DNA of 64,000 nt from Haliotis cracherodii. Taxonomy: Eukaryota. The DNA is taken from positions 54,374,001 through 54,438,000 of the forward strand of contig NW_027266275.1 in the NCBI RefSeq assembly GCF_022045235.1. The letters run 5' to 3'. Below are positions 51,101-62,900 of the stretch, in pieces (positions within the stretch are counted from its first letter, which is position 1; each line of letters opens with the position of its first letter). The notes beneath the pieces were generated by a model, which was given only the letters and a program-made list of their open reading frames with translations, was not told where the DNA came from and did no database searches. Made by a program: the position numbers and the translations under genes.

Positions 51101-54100
51101 AAACCACCAGCACGATTTTGGTCAGGTCAAACCAAGAAACATATTCAGGGTCTTAGGCTCCGGGCACGGCTGAGGGACGCAACTCTTCACAGCGAATTGA
51201 GGCGCCTTAGACGACAGGGCCACCTGTCCAATCCCACCACGCCTGTTTTTCCTTAGTAGGCAGAGTTAACTAGTGAGTGAATCAACGAAATACCAAAATG
51301 CATATGATATATAGAAGGCAGTACCAACAATTTTGTAAAAGGATGAGCACTGATTTGCTTTTAGAGTAAATAAAACAGACAAGTAATAACTGGAGAGATA
51401 ACACTATTTCTTCAAATAAAATTGAAAGAACACAATCGAGCAACCAATTTATAGTTTCTCGTGTGGTGTCTGTGAATGACGAAATATACACCTAGAAAAA
51501 GATAAAGCACCGCCCTTTCTTTTTTTCCATATCAACCGAACCACCATGTATGTTTGGAAAGATACATCGGTTTCAATGTCTGTGTTTCAATATGAGAAGT
51601 GTGAAACTAAAGCAGGATACGATTTATAAATAGCTATTTACATAGAGACAGAGCGTCAGCTATTCTTAACCTGTATGGACACGCTATTGTTGTTGTTGTT
51701 TGTGGTTTGTTGTTTAACACCGCACTCAGCAGTTTCACATTCCTGTAAATAATCCAGTCTTGACAACATAATGCAGTGATTGAAATCATGAGCATCGATT
51801 CACACAATTGGGATACAATGACATGCATCAACCAAGTCAGCAGCCTCACCACCCGATCCCGTTAGTCGCCTCCTACGGCAAGCATAGTCGCCTTTTACGG
51901 CAAGCATGGGTTGCTGAAGACCAATTCTAACCCGGATCTTCACGGGTCTATAGATATTCTGATGGACAGGACCGATGGGACAGATGTTAGGCGTAACACT
52001 TGTTTCATGATGGGTGATATGTCCACAAAATATGAACGTTTCTTGTTAAGGTACTGTCAAACAAGATATCACAACGTGACTGTGTTGTTTTGTTGATTGA
52101 GTGAGTTTGGATTAACGCCTCTTTGAACACTATTTCAGTTATATCACGGCGTGGCAGCTTGATGAAGGGAGAAAGACGGGGTGCTAATAATCCAAGAATC
52201 GTAATTTGTAAGTCCTGTATTAGAAACCTGGATCATAGGAGTCTGGCTTCGACAAGAGGAGCAACTCTGCATACGGAATCGCCCATGCTCCCTTGTTGAT
52301 TGAACGGATGCCATCCACCTATTCTTTCACAAAAAGGTTGAATGTCGACATTATGTAACAAAAACACAGAACACTATATTTACTCAATTTAAACTTTGTT
52401 TGGGGCACGGGTGGCCCATTCGTCTAAGGCGCCGCGATTCGCTGTGCAGAGTTGAGTCCCTTTGGCGCGCCAGAAACCTATGATCTTGGGTTCGAATTCC
52501 GATTCGGCCGGATTATGTTTCAAGGTTTGTCAGCACCATACCCGTGTTCTTGGGTTTTACCGAAGTGGTAAACGTCCGAGACCTGCATCACTTCGGGCTT
52601 TCCTCCCACATTAAACTGACACGCCGTGATATAACTGGAATAATGTTAAAACTGGCGTTAAATCCAACTCACTCATACTTTGTTTTCCCAGATACGTTCA
52701 ATCAAGACATTGTCCGGCTGACGTGTGCAGAAAGGGTATTCCTTTGTGATATATTTAGACCACATAATAGGTCTCCACCCCCCACCCCTTTTAGTATGAC
52801 TCGATGACTCTTTCTCCAGTAATATGTTTATATTTTAGCTCTTATTATTTTCCCATCAGTACACTTACCATGACACCTGTACTGAACATGGACTCACCCG
52901 AATATATAACTCCTTCGTTCCATCTGTCATATGCGCAGATCCACGCTTCGTATTCATGCGCATGCCACGAGCTGACCTTTGTCACGTCACTATCTACGTC
53001 AAACACCGAAAGCGAACCTGTGGAGTCTGACGTCACAATCTGAAGGCTTGGGGTTGAAATATAAAATGAGTTAAATATCTGCTGACTGTAAATGTAAAAT
53101 ACAATACAAATGTTCCAAACTATATACAGTAAACTACGCTTATAACGAACTCATAGGGACGACTTATTTTAGTTCGTTATAACCGTAGTTCGTTATTAGC
53201 ATATATACAGCATAACTACAGCAAATAGTCGGGACTAAAAAAGTAAGTTCGTTATATCCGCAAGTTCGTTATAAGCGTGTTCGTTATAACCGTAGTTTAC
53301 TGTACAATGACAATAAAGAAGTTAACATATTGCCCGCGGTGCAGTGTTAAACAAAAAACAAACAAGCAAACAAACAAACAAAAGTGAAACATATTAAAAT
53401 TCTTAATTAAATATCACCGAGAATACTGGAAAAAAACCATGTTTGTTCGGTTTTACAAACATACAACGTTCACTGACATGCCTGAAAAATTTGTCTACCC
53501 AAAAATATTTGGCCCTTCTTTTCAGCGTAACAAATTGCATGTTTTGTAGCATGGGCCTACAAAATACCAAACTGAAATCCCAGCTGCACTTCTTCAGATC
53601 TATCTGTAGCTTCTAGTAACCGAAAAGGTATACCAAGAGACATTGATGTGTTCTTACAATCAGTAATATGTATTTTCCTTACGTTGTAGACCCGTGAAGA
53701 TCCGGGGTAGAATAGGTCTTCAGCAACCCATGCTTGCCGTAAAACGTGACAATGCTTGTCGTAAGAGGCGAAGAACGGGATCGGGTGGTCAGACTTGGTT
53801 GACGCATGTAATCATGTCCCAATTGCGTGGATCGATGCTCATGATGCCAGTCACTGGATTGTCTGGTCCAGGCTCGATTATTTACAGACCGCCGTCATAT
53901 TGCTGGAATATTGCTGAGTGCGGCGTTACACAGCAAACAAGCTTCAGCGAGCCTGGCCACCTGATCCTGTTAGTCGCCTCTTTCGACAAGCATAGTCGCC
54001 TTGTAAGGCAAGCATGGGTTGAGATGGCTGTGCATATACACACATACCATGTAATTCATCTGAGTTATTACTATTACATGTCACTAAATATACAATGGAT

Positions 54101-55874
54101 GTTTTTCCATTTCACAATGAGTAATGGTTTCAGAGTCAGGGCATATCGACTGATACACGTCCCAAGAGTTGGGAAGTAAAAAACAAAGGAATGAATCGTC
54201 GACTTGCGTTTCAATCTCATTAAAATCAGATCTTCGTTCTCGTTATCGCTAAACAAAGATCTGAGGACATCCCATTAGGGGTCACGTTAGAACGACCTTT
54301 CATCCAACCAATCAGAGCGTCGCTTACCAGATCATGAAAGTGACAGTCGGAATGTGTTTTCTAATCATGCAACCACGATATATTTAACACAGGGTATTCC
54401 GAACGACAGTTACAGATTTTATGATTATATCCATACAATCTGTGCCATCTATAAGCCATTCGAGAATGTTCTTCTTATCAGTTTTTAAAATCTTTAATCG
54501 AGTATACGTCGAAATATGTTTCGAAGCGTAGTCGCCAGTTTGAAACTAGTGTCGTAAAGCTCGAGAAAGCTGCCTTCTGATTGGCCAATGTCGTTTTTTT
54601 GTCAGTCATTTCATAAGTCGGTCAAAATTCGCGAAAAGTCGTTCTGACGTGACCCGTTATGGGATGTCCTCAGATCTTTGATTAGCGGCAGCGAAAACTA
54701 AGATCTGATTTTAATGAGATTGCTTGCGTTTGTGAGGCGTTTTCAGATTTTACGTGCGCTTCCGACTAATGCTAGTTTGACACACGGGTGGAATATTACA
54801 ACATACACACCATACATTACCTGTCATGTTTACTGTCGCTCCAGTCAAGGGACAGACCGAGACACGTCAGGCCCAGGTCAGTCTGGGTCAGTTTCTTCGG
54901 GGGTGTCATCAGGGCGGTGTCGGCAACCTGCCACAGTTGTAAGTGACCCGCAGCATTAACCAGTCCACACGTGAGCAGTGGACAGGCCCGGGCACACCAC
55001 TTGATGTCCAGGACTCCCGGCATGTCCAGACAATGATGCAATGAGAGGCTCCTGGGACTGGCTTCAGTGGACTCTAAGCGGTACACCCTCAGTTGGCCTA
55101 CTCTGGTCTGTGGTCGCTTTTCGTCACACGTTGATTCTCCCTGTATGTACGTTGTACTGCACTTTTAGTATTATTTTGTTTGTGTGTGTAAAACAAAGTA
55201 CATCTGAAAAAAGTGTTTTAGGACAAATCTGCGAGCTATTATGCTGTGTATGATATGATTGTTGCGTTGCGTTGCGTTGCGTTGCGGCAGATGAATTCTG
55301 TTTCGGATTAGGCGATGATTGTCGCCCTTTCACGGATATGTACTTTTTTTTTTATCATACCACCATGTCTGAATGATGAAATCTGATTGGTCCACGTTAT
55401 CTTGATAAAAAACCACAACTATATCTGATTTGACATAGAAACACTGTGGTTAATGGATTCCCTCTTGGCGCTTCCCGTGGTACTTATGGAATATTGCAAA
55501 AGGCTAGACCCACTCACATAACAACTGACGCTAATGCATTCTCGATATCCTTCAAATGATGTTTTTTTTTTTATACATTTGTCTGTTAAGATGTAATAAT
55601 TATGGATGACCAACACAATATTTGGGCCACATTCCCTCCTTTAGTACCATTCCCAATTATCCAGCAATACAAAATGCTCTGGATAATCGAGGGCGCTCTA
55701 TTGGATACAAAATAACTTATATACCTCGTCCTGTTCCTCCAGTTGGTAGGTGCCACACAGCAGCACATCCTGACACCCCTCCACTGGGCACCATTCCACT
55801 GAATCTGCATACAGTTCTGTGTCAAAGGTCTGTACCAATCCGCGACTGGAGGGGTCAGGTGAGCCCTCAGCCAT
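47762..55874 (-). CDS. DPH7: Diphthine methylesterase DPH7 (WDR85), WD40 protein, 7 coding exons, ~368 aa
   Basis: Exons (-): 55725-55874, 54821-55140, 52898-53046, 50834-50903, 49182-49247, 48840-49003, 47762-47949; total 1107 nt. Motifs: DTELYADSVEWCP, CGTYQL, GVLDIKW, HAHEYEAW, YSGGDDG, HSMGVCSIQS, GSYDEELHVWDTRQMK, GGGIWRVKW, YGADW, ATCSFYDH. Confidence 0.93.
48154..48186. repeat. (GT)n microsatellite within a partial SINE-H
   Basis: Direct reading; followed by ctgcttgtactagtccggac, the reverse complement of SINE-H sequence. Confidence 0.85.
49936..50359. mobile_element. Inverted-repeat (foldback/MITE-like) element in DPH7 intron 4
   Basis: agcattcatcaccactcgacccttcccgtaacc and ggttacggaaagggtcaagtggtgacgaatgct form a 33-bp inverted repeat with 3 mismatches; no clear TSD. 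Confidence 0.6.
51690..51948 (-). mobile_element. SINE-like family B copy (full length)
   Basis: Reverse complement of the family B consensus from head to tail. Confidence 0.9.
52402..52675 (+). mobile_element. SINE family A copy
   Basis: Full-length match; TSD-like actttgttt on both sides. Confidence 0.9.
53127..53302. mobile_element. Tigger/pogo-like MITE (TA TSD)
   Basis: TA|cagtaaactacgcttataacgaac ... gttcgttataaccgtagtttactg|TA, with internal gttcgttata repeats. Confidence 0.85.
53689..53940 (+). mobile_element. SINE-like family B copy (full length)
   Basis: Begins gacccgtgaagatccggggtagaataggtcttcagcaacccatgc and carries the family B tail. Confidence 0.9.
54212..54722. mobile_element. 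MITE family C copy
   Basis: Same TIRs; perfect 9-bp TSD cttgcgttt (54203-54211 and 54723-54731). A solo end of this family lies at ~2977-3053. Confidence 0.92.
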
Positions 55875-57198
55875 AGCTGACCGGAGATCTAAAATAACAA
55901 TTACAGTTTGGCAATGATTGACAGAATAATTTTAAACCGCTCAGTTATCACAGGGATAGTACACTCAACAATGGATGAATTGCGTATTTGGCGTGGATGA
56001 GTTTGTTAAATCCGCAATCCGGAATTGTCTAGCTATATCGCGGCGGCCTGTAAATAAACGAGTCTGGATCAGAAAATCCAGTGACGGATATTGTGAGCAA
56101 CGATTCACGCCGTCGAGGTACGAGAATACGCTATCAACCAAGTCACCGAGCCTGACCACCCAATCCATTTGGTCTCCTTTTATGACCGGCATAGGTTGCT
56201 GGGGACCCGGAATCCCGACGTGGTTGGTGCGGATTAGTGAGATCAACGAAAGCAGATCAATGACGTTTGCTGCTTTTGTGAAATCTAGGATTCGAACCAT
56301 CGACAAGCGGATCCTAGCAAGGCTAAAGCAGGCAACCAGTGACCCCTCCCCCCACCCCCCACCCCTAGAATTTACTATGTTAGTATGAATCAGGGGCAAA
56401 CTTTGATCACAGTAAGGCCTATATGTTTTCAGCGAGCCACAAACTTCGAGAACTAAACTTCGACTTTGCTAGATTTTCTTCTCTCTCCAAACTTAAATAC
56501 CAAATTACCGGTCCCGTAAGAAGAGTAAGAATTGATTTTTAAACAGCAGTGAGAACAATTTCGTCTGTACCAGAACGCAAAATCAGGTCTTGTGGAAAAG
56601 AGAATAATGTAGATCAAGGTCGCCGTGAGATTACACATGAGTGCAGCCAGGCCCTGTGGTTACGGGATGATTTTCTAAGGTACAATGTTTCCATCCCATA
56701 GTCTGTCGCACAGTCCCTGAACCAGATTATTCTCTCTTCCAACCAGCCCTTACTTTTATTCTATAGCACTAAATGAATTAAGTCTAGATTGCGTCAGGTT
56801 CTGAATCTCCGATCTCACTGGGTCTCCTTTTCAGTTTAAATGGAGTTGTTTGTTTCTGCTAAAACTATATGATTTCATATATTATGCGTCAGTCTATTCC
56901 ATCCTAGTACCACCCTTAATTTGACCCTGTCTGTTCCATCTTACTCTTCATGGAGAGATGCTGGGTACATTGCACATACAAGTTCTAGTTCCAGATACAT
57001 CAGCGTGTCAATCCGTGCCACTACAGGTAAAACAGGTGGTATTCGAAACTAATAGTTTTTTAAGCAGGTCAGTCATGACACTATAAACTCCGTGCGCAGA
57101 ATAGATATTCAAAGACATAAAAAGCCTCCACATAATAATATTACTGTAATGCCATTTTTTGTATACACCTTCAGCTCTGTCATAATCCCCTGACTATG

Positions 57199-57741
57199 CA
57201 TCTTCCCGAGGCAAGAGAGTTGACTTTAAAAGACCAGTTTCCACCCTTGCCGAAGAAGGCTCGAATCCTGGGCTCGATCGTAGCGCCACCAGTGGCTATT
57301 ACGAGTTATGTCCCTTCTATGCCTCTCCTATGAACCAATGAGATTCCACCTCTCGTATCACTTGCGTTTGCTTCAACCAAAACTGCGGCGCCAAGTCAAG
57401 ACGATCTGATCGATAATCAAGATCAATATATTGTGATAAAACGAGTCTTACATCGCGATGTGCATCAAATCACGTGAGCATGTTGATTAAAAACATGATT
57501 TTTTTTTAGAAAATATGTTGACAACGAGTTAGCGGTGCACATGCTTTGCAAATCCTGCAATCGACCGAAATCTGTATGACATTTTACGAACGGGATTTCG
57601 ATTTCGGTGCGCGATTTTGATTGGACTATGCATAGACTCGTTAGTCCAGCCAAAATGTAACTCCATAATATACCAGCCTCGTTCGGCAAGGGTGGAAACT
57701 GGACTTTTATAGTCAGTTAACTCACTTGCCTCCGGAAGATG
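57199..57741. mobile_element. MITE family D (TIR catcttcccgaggcaag...ccagtttccacccttgccgaa, 9-bp TSD; Mutator-like)
   Basis: Perfect 9-bp TSD ctgactatg and long TIRs. Confidence 0.9.
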
Positions 57742-58006
57742 CTGACTATGTGGTATCACCTAAATGCCTATCAAAGCGTTGTCCACAAGAAAAGAAATGG
57801 CATTGTGAGATTTACAATATAGGATGTGTATTCATTGATATAGATTCTTAAAAGAAAAGAAACGCATAACCAGATTTATGGTGTGGGACGTAACACATAT
57901 ATATACTGTACATCTGAACACTTGAATAGTGATGACATGTGGCAAACAGAACACATGTACAATAGGAAGATATTACAAGAATGGCAATGGTCAAGGTCAT
58001 GATAAC

Positions 58007-58600
58007 TCACCATCTCGTCTGTCCACAGTTAGCCTCAAAATACTGCCTGACACCTATCCACAGACGAAATGTAAGTACGAATCACACAATGGGAATACTT
58101 AGCCCACTGAGCATGTGGTGCAATGACCTTGTTTCTTGATGAAGCTGTCATAGGCGGCATTCCAATTCGTCCCATAGTTGGTATGTCAGGTTCAAAGCTG
58201 GATATTTAGACGGAGACCACCGCCCACAGCATTAGGCTGCCATTTCAAAATCTGTATCTGCATCAATCATATGCAGCTGTCGGTAAAGCTTGATGGCAAG
58301 GTCGGTACACCCTGGCTCTCTAATATGCTTGAAGCAGAAAAATTTACTGGTCGCTGAAGCCAACAGTTCTCCCTGGCTTGTACGACCAAGCTCTGTTTGC
58401 TTGACACTGGTATCACAGTTGACCTTGCTATTGCCTCAAACCATCACCTCTGACACGCAGTCTGGCTGTGAGACCTACCCCACGAAAGCATCTCCGCATT
58501 GTCTGGCCAGAAATCACTTGAATTGCTGCTCTTGAGGTAAATTGTGTTGTGGTCTTGTCGCAAATGAAGGTAAGGAGGTATGAAGCCGCCCATGCTTCAT
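58007..58600 (-). mobile_element. Highly decayed Tc1-like transposase remnant
   Basis: Frameshifted minus-strand translation gives VMV*G, WSPSKYPALNLTYQLWDELECRL (compare WPxxSPDLNPIEHLWDELxRRL) and RCQAVF..EANCGQTRW* (compare RCQAVIxANGGHTRY*). Confidence 0.7.
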
Positions 58601-61564
58601 GCACCAGCTATTTATTTCCATTTAAAATAGCCAGTTTTTAAATTGGATTATGTACTAATTTTCTGAGCAACTTATGTTGAAAAACAGAAACCAAAATAAC
58701 TTATGAACTGAAATGTTTAGTAACTGTGGCATTGTAACACTTGTTTGACTACCCTCCCAACTGCTTACTTGTATATACTGACAGTGTGTGCCACCATCTG
58801 GAACAAAACATACCCTGAATGTAGCTGATCACATACACAAATACACATATATTTTAGAGAGGTAGAATATCATGAAATACATGTACTTGCAGCTGTTTTT
58901 TAAACATACAAATGATTCTGTGTCCCAGTGGATGCATTCTGTGTTTTTTGGACTTCCATTTTCAATTTCTTTTCACATAGGATGCAAGATTTCAGTTCTG
59001 GGAAATGTTGGCATTTCCTTCTGACTATGCACCCATTCCTTTTTACTTTTATAGGTTTGAATTAAGATAAAACTCTAGTGAACTTCAGTGTATGCATGAC
59101 CAGATCGTTTTTTTATTATGCCTCAAAGTGAGATTGACCAATCAGAGAGCAAAACTACTAACCCCATATGAGTCTGTATACCGTCACTACAGCCATTTTT
59201 GATTCTCTAACACCTACCTCACATAAAAATTCTGGTACAGAAATTTGTTATTCGACACTGTTTTGTCTTTTAAAGGCTCTGCTAACACCCAATATTTGTT
59301 CTGCCAACCTAATATGACACTGTATATACGGCAGCTAAGGACACCATAACTAATAATATGTGTATCTGAATACATTGTGCCAGGGCTATGGTCAAACTAT
59401 TCCCAATCCGACATATGGTACCTGGATAGGGTCAAGAAATAGGGGGTGGATGCCCGGGTAGTAAATTTGGACTTGTCCCAGCCCTACAACAAAGCTGTAT
59501 TGGGATCTATAGGCATGATAAACAAAAGACAAACAAATCGAAAATTTTATTCACATTTGTCTTAATACAGGCGTTTATATATTTAAGTATTGTGCAGATG
59601 AGAGCAGAACATGCTGAGCAACTCCCTTTGACACAATAAGTACAAATGACATAACTCAGTCTTTAAATGAAGAAACATAAATGTTTTTTATCAGCTAATC
59701 TATGATTCATTTGTGAAGCACTTTGAGCACTTCAGTGATTTAAAGTATCAATTTTCAAGGTCATGATGGAAGACAAATGTATCTGAGAATGTGAAAAATG
59801 CTTTGACTTGAATATGAATACAACAAAGCAGTGACCTGCCAGATGTCTTAAACCAGTGAATGAGATTTTACTATTCTTTAGCATCAGTATCACATGGGGA
59901 TGTCGCAAGTTACTGACGCCTCAGTACATCACTAATTTATACCTGATGATCTATCATGCTGATGATACTATACATGTTGCATCTACCCAGTGTTGGAAAT
60001 TTAGCATGAACGTCAAGGCATCATCGTCATTACCAAAAATGATAAATGTTAAACATTTAGGGGGAAAGCAGTCCTAAGTAAGCCAGGACCCCCTCCCCCA
60101 CCCCCTGATTTGTAACACTGCCTACAAATGTATTGATTCATGATTTCAGTCTGTTTTGATTTTAAAGCATAATATTCATGAAGATAAGTAAAGTTCTTAC
60201 CTACTTATAATGCATTCATAAGGTAGGTGACTGGGGACACCTTTAATACCCCAACAAAAGGCAGCAGATGTCGGCATCAAGGTCACAATTTGGACAACCA
60301 AACCCAAGTCTTGTGAGTTCTTAAAGTAACCACATTAATCATAACTAGGCTATCACAAAATATCCAGTAATGATAATTTCCGCCAGATCCTCCTGTTCAG
60401 AATGATGGAAGCACACTCATCATTGGTCTTTTGATCATGGCTCTTTCATAATAACTTGGTTTTCCTTTCAGGATTGGAAGAATGATAATAGTACGAGTAC
60501 ATGAAAATAACCTTGCTTCCTGCTGTGCGCTGCTCTTCAATGACTGCATGTTTTTTTCCACAATAATCATGAATTCAATACTGTACAAGATCCAACACAT
60601 ATCTTTGTATCCACTAACACCTATTCAAACATAAACCTTGCACATCATACATACAATATACAGCAGAAACAGACAGGTGGGAACAGTTAACTGTTGATGT
60701 CCAGCAAACCTCCATACCAAAAACTCATATTGAATTATTGTTTTTCGTAGAGACATCATAAAATTTCATAACTTCTAAATTGCAACCCTACACATGAGCA
60801 TAACTTAAAAATGACTCTGGTAGCAACATACATTTCCTCTAATTTGAATTACCTAATATTCCAAGATTTTGCAATGTTCAGAGTTGGGTCACAGTACACC
60901 TTAACTGCATTCTTTAGCTTAGAAAATTGACAAATGGGTGTGTGTAAATGGCGTACAAAAACACAGATTTTTTTGAATTCTTATAAAACAAAGTCAATAA
61001 TCAGTTTTACTTTGCCAACTGTGATGTGTTCACATTGGAGAGAATGTCAAAATTAAATGTCATTTGGCATAACATGCACGCCCATCTATACCAGTGTTTT
61101 AAAAAAACAATTTTTTGTTTTTTTTATACACAACAAAATACAGACTGTCATATAACTTTAAGGCAGAGTACTTGTAGATTGGTCTATGAGTTTGTCAGGG
61201 TGCTTTTGGAGCAGTATGAAGAATATGCTAAATGACTATACCTCAATGTTTTAGCACTACAATACCTAAACAGTAGAATCCAGGTTTAACACATGTTAAC
61301 ACAAACAACATTTGACGAGGAGTGGTGGTTTTAGGGATCATCACACATTGCTTTTGTTTCCAGACTGGACTGTATGTTCATCCTTCACATTACATAACAA
61401 TACTTTTCACATGCAAATTACTGATAGCTATTCAGCCTTGCTGGTACATGGAACATTCTCTAAAAAACGGACAAGGTAGTGATGGCCATTTTAGAAATGT
61501 TCATGAGACTGTGCATATGTCAAGCATAAAATGTCCTCTTTCCATACTTTTAAAATAATGATCT

Positions 61565-61894
61565 TCAAGTTCTTGCACTTCGTTCACATTCCATTAAACA
61601 TTCTCTGACAAGGATTCTGCCATGAACAATACTTCTTTTCAATCTCTCAGCCGATGTCCTATTGCCAGCATATGTTGGCCTGATGTCTCTGCCCATGTCT
61701 TCTATAACTGCCAACAACTGACTGTATTTGCTCATTTGCTGATGGTGTGCCATTGGTGGGAGCTGCTGTTGTCTGGGAACCACACCTGGTAATGGGGGAG
61801 TGGCACGAACCTCTGATGGGTCAACTGATCGTGGAGTCCCAGGATTACTCACAACAGGGGAGTTGGTCTCCATTACATTTTCTTCATCAGCCAT
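61565..61894 (-). CDS. CDK2AP1: Cyclin-dependent kinase 2-associated protein 1/2 (DOC-1 family), single coding exon, 109 aa
   Basis: C-terminal [54 protein letters not shown] is the CDK2AP signature. The ATG at 61894 lies 3 nt after an acceptor (tttcag). A probable non-coding first exon ends at the donor at 62491/62490. Confidence 0.93.
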   Translation of the reverse strand: MADEENVMETNSPVVSNPGTPRSVDPSEVRATPPLPGVVPRQQQLPPMAHHQQMSKYSQLLAVIEDMGRDIRPTYAGNRTSAERLKRSIVHGRILVRECLMECERSART

Positions 61895-62490
61895 AATCTG
61901 AAAAAATGGAAAAACAAATAACATAACAAATTGGTCAAAGTCTTTTTATTTGCGAAACATTAATCTTACATGACCTGTATAAAATCTTCAGAATAATATC
62001 TTTGGAAAAATAAGGTGAATAATGCATGTTGAAATTATGTGAACATAATGACATGATATATATATATTCAGTAGACTAGAACAACTAGCCAACCATCACC
62101 ACCAGACCAGTACTTGTGTATATGGTCTAATATCTGCACTGAATCATTAAAATTTTAACCCTAAAATGCCTACAATATTTAATTTCAAATTATCATGTAT
62201 CTTCCATCTGAAATCATAATCACATGATTACGATGTTTGAAATATTTAAAACAGTGCGGAATTCTACTGGTCAACATCATCATCCAAACACGGATGTAAG
62301 TAGCCCCTAGACCTCTCGTCTCTGTCAACGATCATGCAGAAACAAAGCAAACATTTCGACTGAAATTCGGCCTATAGGCTAGATCTTGTGTGCATAGGTT
62401 ACACCATGCATAGTTAGCAACAGACCATTAATTTAATTTAAAAAAACATATTTTTTTAATCCACATTCATTCTTAACTTGCCATACGTAC

Positions 62491-62796
62491 CAAATAGAAT
62501 ATGTCTCCAACACGATTATTTTTGCCACGCTCAGGAAAGGTAACAAAGACAACTTCCGGTAAGCTGGTTTTGGTGAGATCTAAAACATGACTCGGGGCGC
62601 GAATTAGAAAGTTTTACCTATAAACAAACTGGAACAATCTACGTAAGTTAATCTTCTATCGATCGATCCAAATATTTTGATAAATAAAGATATTTTTTCC
62701 GTTATAAATTTACACCAACAGAAGGTCGTAATAACATTCCAAGCAATATCTAACTTCGATATCAAATCGATCTTTTTTATAAGTTGACTATTCAAG
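62491..62796. promoter_or_regulatory. Putative bidirectional promoter (with CDK2AP1 5' non-coding exon) shared by CDK2AP1 and GET4
   Basis: The genes are divergent and about 300 bp apart. There is an ETS-type motif acttccggt at ~62552-62560 and a YY1-type caagatggccgc overlapping the GET4 ATG. Confidence 0.6.
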
Positions 62797-62900
62797 ATGG
62801 CCGCTCGCGGTGTAGAGCGTGTGCTAGCGAAATGTCAAGCATGTGTAGATGCTGGTAACTTTTATGAAGCCCATCAAATGTACAGGACTTTATATTTTAG
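62797..62900 (+). CDS. GET4: Golgi to ER traffic protein 4 homolog, first coding exon (gene continues beyond the window)
   Basis: [35 protein letters not shown] followed by the donor AG|gtcagt. G-x-[FY][13 protein letters not shown] is the GET4 N-terminal signature. Confidence 0.9.

Noticed and set aside
53694-54179. 161-aa ORF, and similar ORFs at 1499, 2347, 14093, 27525, 32134, 55965
   Set aside because: They are chance readings through SINE copies.
56509-56640. Candidate non-coding first exon of DPH7 (donor ggaccg|gtaatt)
   Set aside because: Plausible given the acceptor near 55889, but not supportable without transcript data.
58007-58015. ATG|gtgagt donor-like site on the minus strand
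   Set aside because: It coincides with the end of the decayed Tc1 transposase frame, and no open exon precedes it.
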